Shown: positions 17,875-26,674 of the stretch, one piece after another
How the letters are laid out: each line of letters begins with the position of its first letter
How positions within the stretch are numbered: the stretch's first letter is position 1
Assembly: GCA_964577535.1 (NCBI GenBank)
Contig: CAZNZO010000005.1
Coordinates: forward strand, 31,433-95,432
Direction: 5' to 3'
Length of the DNA stretch: 64,000 nucleotides
Source: an uncultured Oscillospiraceae bacterium
GTDB lineage: Bacteria; Bacillota; Clostridia; Christensenellales; CAG-314
Position numbers and translations under genes: made by a program
Notes under the pieces: model-generated
What the model saw: only the letters and a program-made list of their open reading frames with translations
Told to the model about the DNA's origin: nothing
Databases searched by the model: none

Positions 17875-19311
17875 ATGGCAGAAAAACAATTTGTTCGTGA
17901 AATTGCCGATATCAACACAGATTTCACCCAATGGTATACCGACGTTGTGCTAAAAACACAACTTGTGGACTACGGCCCCGTAAAGGGCACAATGGTAATT
18001 CGCCCCTACGGCTATGCCATTTGGGAAAACATTCAAAAGCAATTGGATGCTCGTTTCAAGGAAACGGGTCACCAAAACGCCTATTTCCCTTTGCTTATTC
18101 CGCAAAGTTTGCTCAACAAGGAAGCGGAACACGTTGAAGGTTTTGCACCCGAAGTTGCCGTTGTTAACTTTGCCGGCGGCTCGGAACTTGCCGAACCTTG
18201 CGTTATTCGCCCCACCAGCGAAACTATCATTTGCCACATGTATTCCAAGTGGATCAACAGCTATCGCGATTTGCCCTTGAAACTTAACCAATGGGCAAAC
18301 GTTATGCGTTGGGAAAAGACAACGCGCCCGTTTTTGCGCACGTCGGAATTTTTGTGGCAGGAAGGCCACACCATACACGCCACTCGTGAAGAATCGTTGA
18401 AGGAAACAATCGACATGTTGCACCTTTATCACGATTTTGCTCGTGACGTTTTGGCAATGCCCACCTTTATCGGCCAAAAGAGCGAAAAGGAAAAGTTTGC
18501 CGGTGCGGAAGCAACCTACGGCATGGAAGCAATGATGCTGGACGGCAAAAGTTTGCAAGCCGGCACAACTCACCACTTCGGCCAAAAATTCAGCCGCGCC
18601 TACGACATAAAGTTTTTGGATAAGGACAACACACAAAAATACGTATGGCAATCCAGTTGGGGTGTTTCCACTCGTCTTATCGGCGCCATCATCATGGCGC
18701 ACGGCGATCAACGCGGACTTGTTTTGCCGCCCAAAATTGCTCCTGTGCAAGTGGTGGTTATTCCTGTTGCGGCGCACAAACCCGGCGTTACGGAAAAGGC
18801 AACGGAAATTGCCAACGCTTTGAAGCAAGCAGGCTTGCGCGTAGAATTGGACGTTCGCGATCAATCCCCCGGATGGAAATTTAACGAATGGGAAATGAAG
18901 GGCGTTCCCGTGCGTTTGGAAGTTGGCCCCAGAGATATCGAAAACGGCGTTGCCGTGGCTGCTCGCAGAGACACTTGCGAAAAGATCACCTTGCAACTAG
19001 ATTCCGCCGTGCAAGATATCGTCGCTTTGTTGGACGAAATTCAAACCAACATGTACCACAAATCTCTTGCCTTCCGCGACAGTCACGTTAAGCTTGCCCA
19101 CAACATGCAAGAACTAGGCGAAGTTTTGGATAGCAAGTGCTTTGCAAAAGTTGTTTGGGATAAATCCCCCGAATGCGAAGCCAAATTCAAAGAACAATTC
19201 CAAGCAACGGTGCGCGTCATGTTGGATGAAGAACCTTTCCAAGACGTTTGCACTTGCTGTGGCGAAAAATCCGAAAATTTGGTTGTTGCATTGGTGGCTC
19301 GCGCCTACTAA
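17875..19311 (+). CDS. proS: Prolyl-tRNA synthetase (archaeal/eukaryote-like short type)
   Basis: Start placed at ATG 17875 after aggag. Class II motifs seen: RPTSETIICHMYSKWINSYRDLPLKLNQWANVMRWE and QAGTTHHFGQKFS. About 478 aa, with no bacterial-type editing insertion. Confidence 0.92.
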   Translation: MAEKQFVREIADINTDFTQWYTDVVLKTQLVDYGPVKGTMVIRPYGYAIWENIQKQLDARFKETGHQNAYFPLLIPQSLLNKEAEHVEGFAPEVAVVNFAGGSELAEPCVIRPTSETIICHMYSKWINSYRDLPLKLNQWANVMRWEKTTRPFLRTSEFLWQEGHTIHATREESLKETIDMLHLYHDFARDVLAMPTFIGQKSEKEKFAGAEATYGMEAMMLDGKSLQAGTTHHFGQKFSRAYDIKFLDKDNTQKYVWQSSWGVSTRLIGAIIMAHGDQRGLVLPPKIAPVQVVVIPVAAHKPGVTEKATEIANALKQAGLRVELDVRDQSPGWKFNEWEMKGVPVRLEVGPRDIENGVAVAARRDTCEKITLQLDSAVQDIVALLDEIQTNMYHKSLAFRDSHVKLAHNMQELGEVLDSKCFAKVVWDKSPECEAKFKEQFQATVRVMLDEEPFQDVCTCCGEKSENLVVALVARAY

Positions 19312-19343
19312 TTGCGGCATTCAAGCAAAATTGATGCAAAATG

Positions 19344-19378
19344 CACCACAAAAGCAATCTGCTTTGTGGTGTTTTTTT
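19344..19378 (+). terminator. Rho-independent terminator after proS
   Basis: Stem caccacaaaagca / tgctttgtggtg followed by ttttttt. Confidence 0.8.
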
Positions 19379-19776
19379 GTGCCAAATTTTTTGTCAAACG
19401 TGGGTGATTGAAACAAATTTCCTTTTGATGCGCTCAAACTGCAAAACATGCATGCCGCAGGTGAGCATAGACCGTGCAAAAGCAAACTTGCATCAACAAT
19501 TTGACGTTGGCGTTATTCAAAAACATATAATGTATTCGGTTAAGTGTATCGGTACCATTTTCGTCGTTGATACTGCGAGTTGCCAAAAAACACACAATGT
19601 GTTCGGCGATAAGAAAGGCAAAGCCGCCACACGTGAGCGTGGCAAAATAACTTGTTTGGCACATAGTTCGGCAAGTGCTGCTAGCAAAATAACAGTATTG
19701 TGTCATTTTGTTGTGTAAAAAACAAAGGTTTTCAAAAAAAATTGGCACACAACGCAAAAAATTGTTTTCAAACAGT

Positions 19777-19804
19777 TTGAAGGTGGTCAAGCTTGTGGTA
19801 TAAT
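19777..19804 (+). promoter_or_regulatory. Candidate promoter of the FMN-binding lipoprotein gene
   Basis: TTGAAG (19777-19782), 16-nt spacer, TATAAT (19799-19804). Confidence 0.5.
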
Positions 19805-19880
19805 AAACCTAGGCGTAACCCTGCCGCAGTGGGTTTTGAAATTTTGTTCGGAGTTTTTCCGATTAACATAGAGGTACAAA

Positions 19881-20318
19881 ATGAAAAAGTTTTTGCTTGT
19901 AGCACTTGTTTTTGTTTTGGCTGTCAGCGCCGTTGCGTTTGCCGCCTGCGCCCAATCACAAACCGTCACCGGCGAATGTTCCTACACCTCGTGGGGCACA
20001 ACCTATGGCGTCAAGGTGGATGTAACCGTCAAAAGCGGCATTATCACCGCAGTGAAACTATATACCGACGAAGAAAGCGGCTTTGTTCGCACAACAGAAG
20101 GTTGGCAAGGTTTTGATGCGGCCGAAGCTGCATACGCCAACTGGATTGACGACACGTTTGTGGGCATAAAAGTTGAAGAAATTAACGCACTTTCCGTCAC
20201 CGTAACCGACCAATCGCAAACGGTGGGCGAAGGCGTGGCGCATATCAGTGGCGCAACTGTTTCTTCCGCACGCATAATTGCCGCAGTTCAAAACGCACTT
20301 AGTAAACTTGCCGACTAA
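19881..20318 (+). CDS. FMN-binding-domain lipoprotein (predicted ApbE flavinylation substrate)
   Basis: Lipobox AFAAC. The C-terminal motif HISGATVSS matches the [ST]GAT[ST] flavinylation site of FMN_bind domains. Confidence 0.8.
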   Translation: MKKFLLVALVFVLAVSAVAFAACAQSQTVTGECSYTSWGTTYGVKVDVTVKSGIITAVKLYTDEESGFVRTTEGWQGFDAAEAAYANWIDDTFVGIKVEEINALSVTVTDQSQTVGEGVAHISGATVSSARIIAAVQNALSKLAD

Positions 20319-20335
20319 CACAAAAAACAACAAAA

Positions 20336-20360
20336 CAGACGCCGAATGGCGTCTGTTTTT
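20336..20360 (+). terminator. Rho-independent terminator
   Basis: cagacgcc-gaat-ggcgtctg followed by ttttt. Confidence 0.8.
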
Positions 20361-20683
20361 GCTTTTAAAAACCCGCAATTTTTTATCAACCTGGATATGT
20401 TGGAAACTCCTTGTGGCATTGCAACAAGCCATAAATGATTTTTGTCCACGTTTAGCAAAACACTTTTGCTCCAAAGCGCAAGTTGTTGCAAACCTGTTCA
20501 AAACAAATTTTCTTGTTGCCACTGCTTTGCAGCAAGCGGCCCAAATTGCCAGTCTTCACAAAAAAAGTTCCAAAATTTTTGCCAACGTGTGGTGTTTTTG
20601 TGGGCATAATTGCACGCCACGCGGCGAGACATCGCCGTTTTGTTGCCAAACGGTGGGCAAAATGGTACAATAAGTTTCTGGTT

Positions 20684-22684
20684 ATGAAAAAACTTTTGCC
20701 AATAATTTTAATAGCGCTGGTGTTGTGCGCAATGCTCCCCGTCGTGGCGTTTGCTTCCGACGACGTTTCGCATGTCATGGAATACGTTCCAGCGCACAAG
20801 CAGTATGCAATAACCACGCTGGTACAAAACGGAAAGTGCGTTGGCGCAAAGTTTTTTGGCAGCTACTTTGGCAAAAGCAACATTCAAGTGGTGGTGGAAA
20901 TCTATTCTTCACCGCTGCTTGTTTTGGATTTCTACGTGGGTGACGAAAGTCTCACCGTGGCGCAACAGCAAAACAAACAAAAGCTGGTTGCGCTTGCCGA
21001 AGAAATAAACAACCTAATAAACCAAGTGGATATGTGTGCCAACACCACCTATAATGGCCAAAACAACTTGCCGCTTTCGGATATTTATCGCTACAATCAA
21101 GCCACGCAAGGGCAAAAGTTGCAAATATCTTGGCAAACCTATCAAATGCTAGCCATTGCCAAGCAAATGTATGTGCAAACAAACGGTGCATTCAATCCGG
21201 CAGTATATCGTTTGGTGGATTTGTGGGGATTTTCTTCCCGAATCTATTCCAACGGCGCGTTCGACACAGCCACCTATCCCTACGACCGTCCCGTCACTTC
21301 GCAGCAGTTTGCAACAAGCGGCTATCCCTTGCCGGAACAAAAGTTTATCGATGCCTTTTCCACGCCGCAGTTTGTAAATTTTGGCGACGATGCCGTTGTT
21401 CTTACGCAACAAGGCGACCAATATTTTGTTGAAAAACAAGTTGCGCCGGTTGTTGTGGATGGCGTGGAATATCAGCAGTGGCTGGATTTGGGCGGCATCG
21501 CAAAAGGGTTTGCGGTGGACGAAATTGTTTCGCTTTTGCAGGGCGAAGGGTTGCAAAACTACTACGTAGATGCCGGTTCCAGCAGCAGCGCATTTGGCAA
21601 GGCGCAAAACGGCAAGCAGGTTCTTTCCCTAACAGATCCGTTCGCTCCCTACGCCAACGTTATGCCGCAACTGTTGTTTGGCTTCGAAATAGATGCCTCA
21701 ACCGTTTCCACAAGTGGCCAATACGTGCGCAAATACGTAACAAACGGCGTGGAATATTCGCACATAATCGATGGCCAAACAGGCGCGCCTGCTCAAACAG
21801 GAGTCAAAATGGTTTCGGTTGTGGTTCCACAAACGCAAGGTTTGTGGGCGGGCAAAGGCGATTGCCTAACAACGGCGCTAACCATCATGGGCAAAGACCA
21901 AATTGTGCAGTTTGTCAACGGCTATTTGAAAGATAACAACGTAACCGTTGTGGTGCTGTTCGAAACTTTCGATGGCAAGCAGGAAATTATCAGCAACCTA
22001 AGCAAATCGGCAGTGGTTTCCACTGGAAAGTATTTTCAGAACTACGCTTGGACGCTTTCGCAAAACCAAGACGGCAACTTTGCCTATAACGGCAGCAATG
22101 CTTTGGCAACGCAAAGCGGAACAACCTTCAAAACAATTGCCATTGTGCTGGCGTGTTTGTGCGGCGCAGGGCTGGTGGCCTTGCTGGTTTTCCACCTTGT
22201 TGCCGGCAAGAAAAACGCCTTGCAACTGGTGCAACACGCCAAAAACGAAAAGCCTTTCAAGGCGGCGGACGTGGGCGTATATTTGTTGGTGGCGCTGGTT
22301 ATCGTTGTGCTTTTTTGCGTGTTCTTTGCGGACGAAAAACAGCAATTGCAAAAGGTTGTTGTAACTGATACGCAAAACGGCCAGCAACTGTTTTTGTACA
22401 ACGTGTTGCGCAACGAATACTATTTTAACAGTCAAAATGCCAACGGCTGGCAAATGCAAGCGGAACAATCGCAAAATGGCCTAACTGTAACGTTTTGGAA
22501 AGAAATTGACGGCGAAAAGCATTTCAACACACTAACAATAACAGCAGGGCGCACGCCAAGCGTAAAAATAACAAATTCCCTTTGCGGTTTCCACCAAGAT
22601 TGTGTGCACAATTTTGGCGAAATCACGCAGGCCGGCGGCGTTATTGTGTGCAGCCCAAACCAACTAAAAGTAACAACGGAGTGA
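20684..22684 (+). CDS. apbE: Secreted FAD:protein FMN transferase (ApbE) fused through two TM helices to a NusG-II (DUF1312) domain
   Basis: Start placed at ATG 20684 (signal peptide MKKLLPIILIALVLCAMLPVVAFA). ApbE motifs: LDLGGIAKGFAVDEI and HIIDGQTGAP. TM helices: TIAIVLACLCGAGLVALLVF and VGVYLLVALVIVVLFCVFF. The C-terminal CGFHQDCVHNFGEITQAGGVIVCSPNQLKV is typical of NusG domain II proteins. Confidence 0.8.
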   Translation: MKKLLPIILIALVLCAMLPVVAFASDDVSHVMEYVPAHKQYAITTLVQNGKCVGAKFFGSYFGKSNIQVVVEIYSSPLLVLDFYVGDESLTVAQQQNKQKLVALAEEINNLINQVDMCANTTYNGQNNLPLSDIYRYNQATQGQKLQISWQTYQMLAIAKQMYVQTNGAFNPAVYRLVDLWGFSSRIYSNGAFDTATYPYDRPVTSQQFATSGYPLPEQKFIDAFSTPQFVNFGDDAVVLTQQGDQYFVEKQVAPVVVDGVEYQQWLDLGGIAKGFAVDEIVSLLQGEGLQNYYVDAGSSSSAFGKAQNGKQVLSLTDPFAPYANVMPQLLFGFEIDASTVSTSGQYVRKYVTNGVEYSHIIDGQTGAPAQTGVKMVSVVVPQTQGLWAGKGDCLTTALTIMGKDQIVQFVNGYLKDNNVTVVVLFETFDGKQEIISNLSKSAVVSTGKYFQNYAWTLSQNQDGNFAYNGSNALATQSGTTFKTIAIVLACLCGAGLVALLVFHLVAGKKNALQLVQHAKNEKPFKAADVGVYLLVALVIVVLFCVFFADEKQQLQKVVVTDTQNGQQLFLYNVLRNEYYFNSQNANGWQMQAEQSQNGLTVTFWKEIDGEKHFNTLTITAGRTPSVKITNSLCGFHQDCVHNFGEITQAGGVIVCSPNQLKVTTE

Positions 22685-22697
22685 GCAATTAGCAAAC

Positions 22698-23309
22698 GTG
22701 ACAAAACTAAATTTCAAAACTAAATTTTCCGCCAAGCGTTTGGCAACGCTTTCGGTGCTGTGCGCAATGGCGCTTATAACTTTCATGATAGAAAGTTTGT
22801 TTCCGCCGTTGTTTTTGCCCGGCGCAAAAATGGGACTTTCCAACGTGTTTTCGCTGTTAGCGGTGTTTTTGCTTGGGCCGGTGGATGCCGTTGTCTTGGT
22901 GATTGTGCGCACAACGCTGGGAAGTGTGTTCACAGGCAACCTTTCCACCATGCTGTATAGCACGTCGGCAGGGCTGGTCAGCGTGGCCGTTTCCGCAGTG
23001 CTGGTGCAGTTTGTGTATCCAAAAATAAGCGTTGTTTCCGTTTCGGTGGTTTCTGCAGTGGTGCACAACGTGGCGCAAAACGTGGTGTTTTGCCTTGTTA
23101 GCAACACTCCTCAAATGTTTGCCTACGTGCCGTGGCTGGCGCTGCTGGGCGTGGTGGCCGGCATTATTGTTGGCTTTGCCGTGTGGTTTGTTTTGCGCAC
23201 GGTGCCGCTAAAAACGTTTGCATCGCTGCTGGGCGCATCGGATGCCGATTTTGCCCAAGCAACCGCTGTTGCAACAGATAATCAAAGTGAACAACCAAAC
23301 GAAAACTAG
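22698..23309 (+). CDS. Gx transporter family membrane protein (PF07456-like, 'heptaprenyl diphosphate synthase component I')
   Basis: GTG start. Motif IESLFPPLFLPGAKMGLSNVFSLLAV is followed by multiple TM helices. It is adjacent to the NusG-II domain, as in known gene pairings. Confidence 0.72.
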   Translation: MTKLNFKTKFSAKRLATLSVLCAMALITFMIESLFPPLFLPGAKMGLSNVFSLLAVFLLGPVDAVVLVIVRTTLGSVFTGNLSTMLYSTSAGLVSVAVSAVLVQFVYPKISVVSVSVVSAVVHNVAQNVVFCLVSNTPQMFAYVPWLALLGVVAGIIVGFAVWFVLRTVPLKTFASLLGASDADFAQATAVATDNQSEQPNEN

Positions 23310-23410
23310 CAAACAAATTTTTTGCAGGCCCCGCAAGCGGCCATTGCACATAAATTTTTCAGCAGTCCAAACGGTTTGCATTGCAACCTTTTGGCAAAAA
23401 TAAAACAGAT

Positions 23411-24232
23411 ATGAAAAACGTACTTATTCTAAACGACATTTCCGGTTTGGGCAATTGCTCCATGGTGGCCAACCTGCCCATCCTAACCAAACTTTCACAC
23501 TATTGCATGCCCGTTCCCACGGCAACTTTTTCCTGCCAAACTGGTTTCGAAAACTACACTTTTTGCCGCAACCCCAATTTGATCAAATGCGTGCAAGACG
23601 TTTTGGCAAACAGAAATCCCGATGCAATCTACGTTGGCTTTTGCGTGGACGAAAGCTTGCTGGACGACGCCACCAACGTGGCAATTGGTTTGCGTGCCGA
23701 AGGCAAATATGTTTTTGTCGACCCCATTTTGGGGGATAACGGCAAACTCTATTCAATTTTCGACGAAGCCTACGCCAAAAAGATGAAGAGGCTTGTGGCA
23801 TTGGCGCATTGCATTTCCCCCAACCTAACCGAAGCGTGCCTGCTTGCCGACGTGGATTATTTGGCGTTGCAAGCAAAATTCCAAGATGCCACTTTCATTG
23901 CATTTTGTGGCAAGGTTTTCGAAGATTTTTTGCAAAAAACCGGCGCCCAAAGCGCAGTTATAACCGGCGTGCCCTGTGGCAATTTGGTTGGAAATTTGGT
24001 TTTGCAAAAGGATTTGCCCGTTCGCTTTGTAACCAACCCCAAAGTGCCCACAAACTATTCCGGCACGGGCGATGCGTTCAGTTCCGTTTTGCTAGGCGAA
24101 TTGCTTAACGGTTGCAACCTGCTTTCCGCAACAGAAATTGCTGCCAATTTCGTCAGCAAGGCGGCACAAGCCACTTCCGAAAAGGATCGCCGTTTTGGCG
24201 TGGAGTTTTGCAAAGTTTTGGATGTTTTGTAA
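23411..24232 (+). CDS. pdxK: Pyridoxal/pyridoxamine kinase (ribokinase superfamily)
   Basis: Start at ATG 23411 (weak RBS, so the start is uncertain). Motifs: ILNDISGLGNCSM, FVDPILGDNGKLY, SGTGDAFSSVLLGELL. Confidence 0.78.
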   Translation: MKNVLILNDISGLGNCSMVANLPILTKLSHYCMPVPTATFSCQTGFENYTFCRNPNLIKCVQDVLANRNPDAIYVGFCVDESLLDDATNVAIGLRAEGKYVFVDPILGDNGKLYSIFDEAYAKKMKRLVALAHCISPNLTEACLLADVDYLALQAKFQDATFIAFCGKVFEDFLQKTGAQSAVITGVPCGNLVGNLVLQKDLPVRFVTNPKVPTNYSGTGDAFSSVLLGELLNGCNLLSATEIAANFVSKAAQATSEKDRRFGVEFCKVLDVL

Positions 24233-24367
24233 GCATTCCATTGCACGTTAGCACCCTAACTTGTTGCAATAAGCGCACGCTTTTGCGGCACAAACCATCA
24301 AAGACTTGCTTGCAAAGCGCAAAAAGGTTGTTAAAGGCAAAAGCACACAAGATTTGCAATAATTCAG

Positions 24368-24398
24368 TTGCCCCGCAAGGTTTTGCGGGGCAATTTTT
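24368..24398 (+). terminator. Rho-independent terminator
   Basis: Perfect 11-bp stem ttgccccgcaa-ggtt-ttgcggggcaa followed by ttttt, 136 nt downstream of the pdxK stop. Confidence 0.8.
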
Positions 24399-24405
24399 CT
24401 TGAAC

Positions 24406-24440
24406 AAAAAAACTACCCTGCAACATGCAGGGTAGTTTTT
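24406..24440. terminator. Bidirectional terminator (serves the convergent MFS gene)
   Basis: aaaaaaa-ctaccctgc-aacat-gcagggtag-ttttt. Confidence 0.8.
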
Positions 24441-24504
24441 CACGTAAAGACGTGGGATAATAGAACAGCAATTTGTTTTTACTCGGCGGCTTGTCAAAAC
24501 GGAA

Positions 24505-26238
24505 TCAGTCGTCGGCGCCGGCTAGCATTTCCAATTTGTCTTTGGGCGGTTGCGGACGGCTGTCGCCGTGTTTTACAAACAGCATGGTAACAAAGGATAG
24601 TGCAACAAACACAGTGGCATAGGGGAACAAAACTTTCATTGTTTTGAATCCGTCCATAAGCGCGCCGGAAAGTATCGGTGTCACAACTTGTGCGGCCATG
24701 CTTGCCGTGTAGTAGTATCCGGTGTATTGCCCAATGTTGCCGCCCTTGGATAGTTCCACAACCATGGGGAAACTGTTAACGTTGATGGTTGCCCAAGCAA
24801 TGCCTGCCAGTGCAAACAAAATGGAAATAAGCCACGTGGGCGAAGATGCATCAATAAATATTGCGCCGCCAAATGCCACAGTAAGCATAACTATGCCGGC
24901 CAATATCGTCTTTTTGCGGCCAAGCTTGCCAGCAACAATGCCCACCGGAACATAGGCCACAATGGCGGCGGCTTGCGCTATAAGCAAAGTGGTGTTGTAG
25001 TCTTTGTTCAAAACGTTGGTGGCATAAACGCTGTATTTTGTCGTGACAGCGTTGTACCCCGTAAACCACAATGCAACGGATGCCAAAATAAGCAACAACG
25101 ATTTAACCTTTTCTTTGGGAAGTTTTTCCGTTGTGGCGCCTTCCTGTTCGTCCGTTTCTTCTGGTTGTTCTTCGTCCAAAATTGCTTGCGCTTGAAGCAT
25201 TTCGCCGTTCCATTTCTTTTCCTTTACGGTAAGAACAAAAATTGCCAGCGCAACCAACATTATTCCGCACACGGTAAGCACAAACCACGTGTAATTCATA
25301 AGTTGATTTTTCACTTTGCCGGTGCCAAACACCATGCCAAGCAAGAGCACCAAAATTCCGCCTGCCGTGCCCATAAGGTTTATTATTGCGTTTGCTTTGC
25401 TACGCAAGGGCTTCACGGTTACGTCGGGCATAAGTGCCACCGCAGGGGAACGGAACGTCGCCATTGCAACTAGCGTTGCCAAAAGCACTATAACAAAAAC
25501 AATAAGCACCCAAACGTTGGTTTTCATAACGGAGTTTGCAAATTGGTTTTCCGCTTCAGAAACAAGCGACGAATATGCATTTGTTACCCGTGCAGAAACT
25601 TCTTCGCCGTTATCCACGTATTGATATTTGCTGCCGCCCAGCAATCCGCCGTCGGCAACCTTTTCGCACAGGCGGTAGGTGTTGGTGGATTTTTCGTAGA
25701 CGTAGCAAGTGTCGTAGGATAGTTCGTCACTGCAATACCAGCGTTGCAATTCCTCTTGTTCTTGCGCTGTCAGTTGGGCAAAAGGCTTTCCGTATTTCAC
25801 CATAGAGGCATAGTCTTTAACGGTGTAGTCCTTGCCGCTTTCCAAATCGTTGGTGATGGAGTTGTATTCGCGGTTTTCCACAACGTAGTTTTGTTCCCAA
25901 TATTCTTGCTTGGTGCCGTCGGAAATTTTTTGCAGTTGAACGCCGTCCACAATGGTGAGCCCGGCAAAACAAACAACTGCGCAAAGCGTGCCTATAACAA
26001 TAAAGGGCGTGCGCTTGCCGTATTTTGTGTTTTTCTTGTCGGATAGTGCACCGAAAATGGGCAACAGAAACAGGGCCAAAATGTTATCTAGCGACATTAT
26101 GAACCCCGAAACAGTTTGGTTAAGACCAAATTTGTTGTTTAGCATCAAAGGAATGATGGTGTCGTATGCTTGCCAGAATGCACTTATAAGGAAAAATGCA
26201 AAGCCAACCAGCAGCGTACGTTTATAGTTTAGTTTCAT
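24505..26238 (-). CDS. MFS transporter (GPH/SLC45-like sugar:cation symporter) with a large soluble insertion
   Basis: 577 aa. The N-terminus (LVGFAFFLISAFWQAYDTIIPLML...GALSDKKNTKYGKRTPFIVIGT) is typical of this family, with about 12 hydrophobic segments. A hydrophilic insert of about 140 aa follows TM3-4. Confidence 0.82.
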   Translation of the reverse strand: MKLNYKRTLLVGFAFFLISAFWQAYDTIIPLMLNNKFGLNQTVSGFIMSLDNILALFLLPIFGALSDKKNTKYGKRTPFIVIGTLCAVVCFAGLTIVDGVQLQKISDGTKQEYWEQNYVVENREYNSITNDLESGKDYTVKDYASMVKYGKPFAQLTAQEQEELQRWYCSDELSYDTCYVYEKSTNTYRLCEKVADGGLLGGSKYQYVDNGEEVSARVTNAYSSLVSEAENQFANSVMKTNVWVLIVFVIVLLATLVAMATFRSPAVALMPDVTVKPLRSKANAIINLMGTAGGILVLLLGMVFGTGKVKNQLMNYTWFVLTVCGIMLVALAIFVLTVKEKKWNGEMLQAQAILDEEQPEETDEQEGATTEKLPKEKVKSLLLILASVALWFTGYNAVTTKYSVYATNVLNKDYNTTLLIAQAAAIVAYVPVGIVAGKLGRKKTILAGIVMLTVAFGGAIFIDASSPTWLISILFALAGIAWATINVNSFPMVVELSKGGNIGQYTGYYYTASMAAQVVTPILSGALMDGFKTMKVLFPYATVFVALSFVTMLFVKHGDSRPQPPKDKLEMLAGADD

Positions 26239-26503
26239 TTTGTTGCTTTCCTTTTTTTGTTTTTCTATCGCAAAACGCGTATAGTAAAAATATTATATTA
26301 AATTTTGTTTGATATGTAAATACCTAATATTTTGTTTTTGTTCAACTTTTTGCACATTCGGATGCTTTTTTGTGCTGTTTTCGCTTGCATTTTTGAAACA
26401 ATTTCACTGTGCTAGGCGGTTTTTGTGTGATGGTGGCAACCAAAGCGGCGCAATTTTGCAAAATGTTTTTTTGCCGCATCGGCCCCAAAAGTAGTTTTTG
26501 ATT

Positions 26504-26526
26504 ACGCAAATTGTTGCAATTTGCGT
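26504..26526. promoter_or_regulatory. Perfect 10-bp inverted repeat in a divergent intergenic region (operator candidate)
   Basis: acgcaaattg-ttg-caatttgcgt, between the MFS gene (-) and the 26675 gene (+). Confidence 0.35.
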
Positions 26527-26674
26527 TATTGTTGCAAAGCGTTTTTTGCATGCTTGGCACTTGCGCAAACAAGCAAGCTATCAAAACGCCCTTGTGTTGC
26601 GTTTTTCGGCAGGGATTGTGGACAAGTTTTTTGTCAAGTTGCGTATAGTAGTAGAAAAACCGTGGAGGTGCGCA

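Noticed and set aside
24233-24367. 136-nt segment between the pdxK stop and the first of two tandem terminators, considered as a small RNA
   Set aside because: No promoter-like sequence or conserved structure is visible. A long 3' UTR of pdxK is the simpler explanation. It cannot be decided without transcript data.
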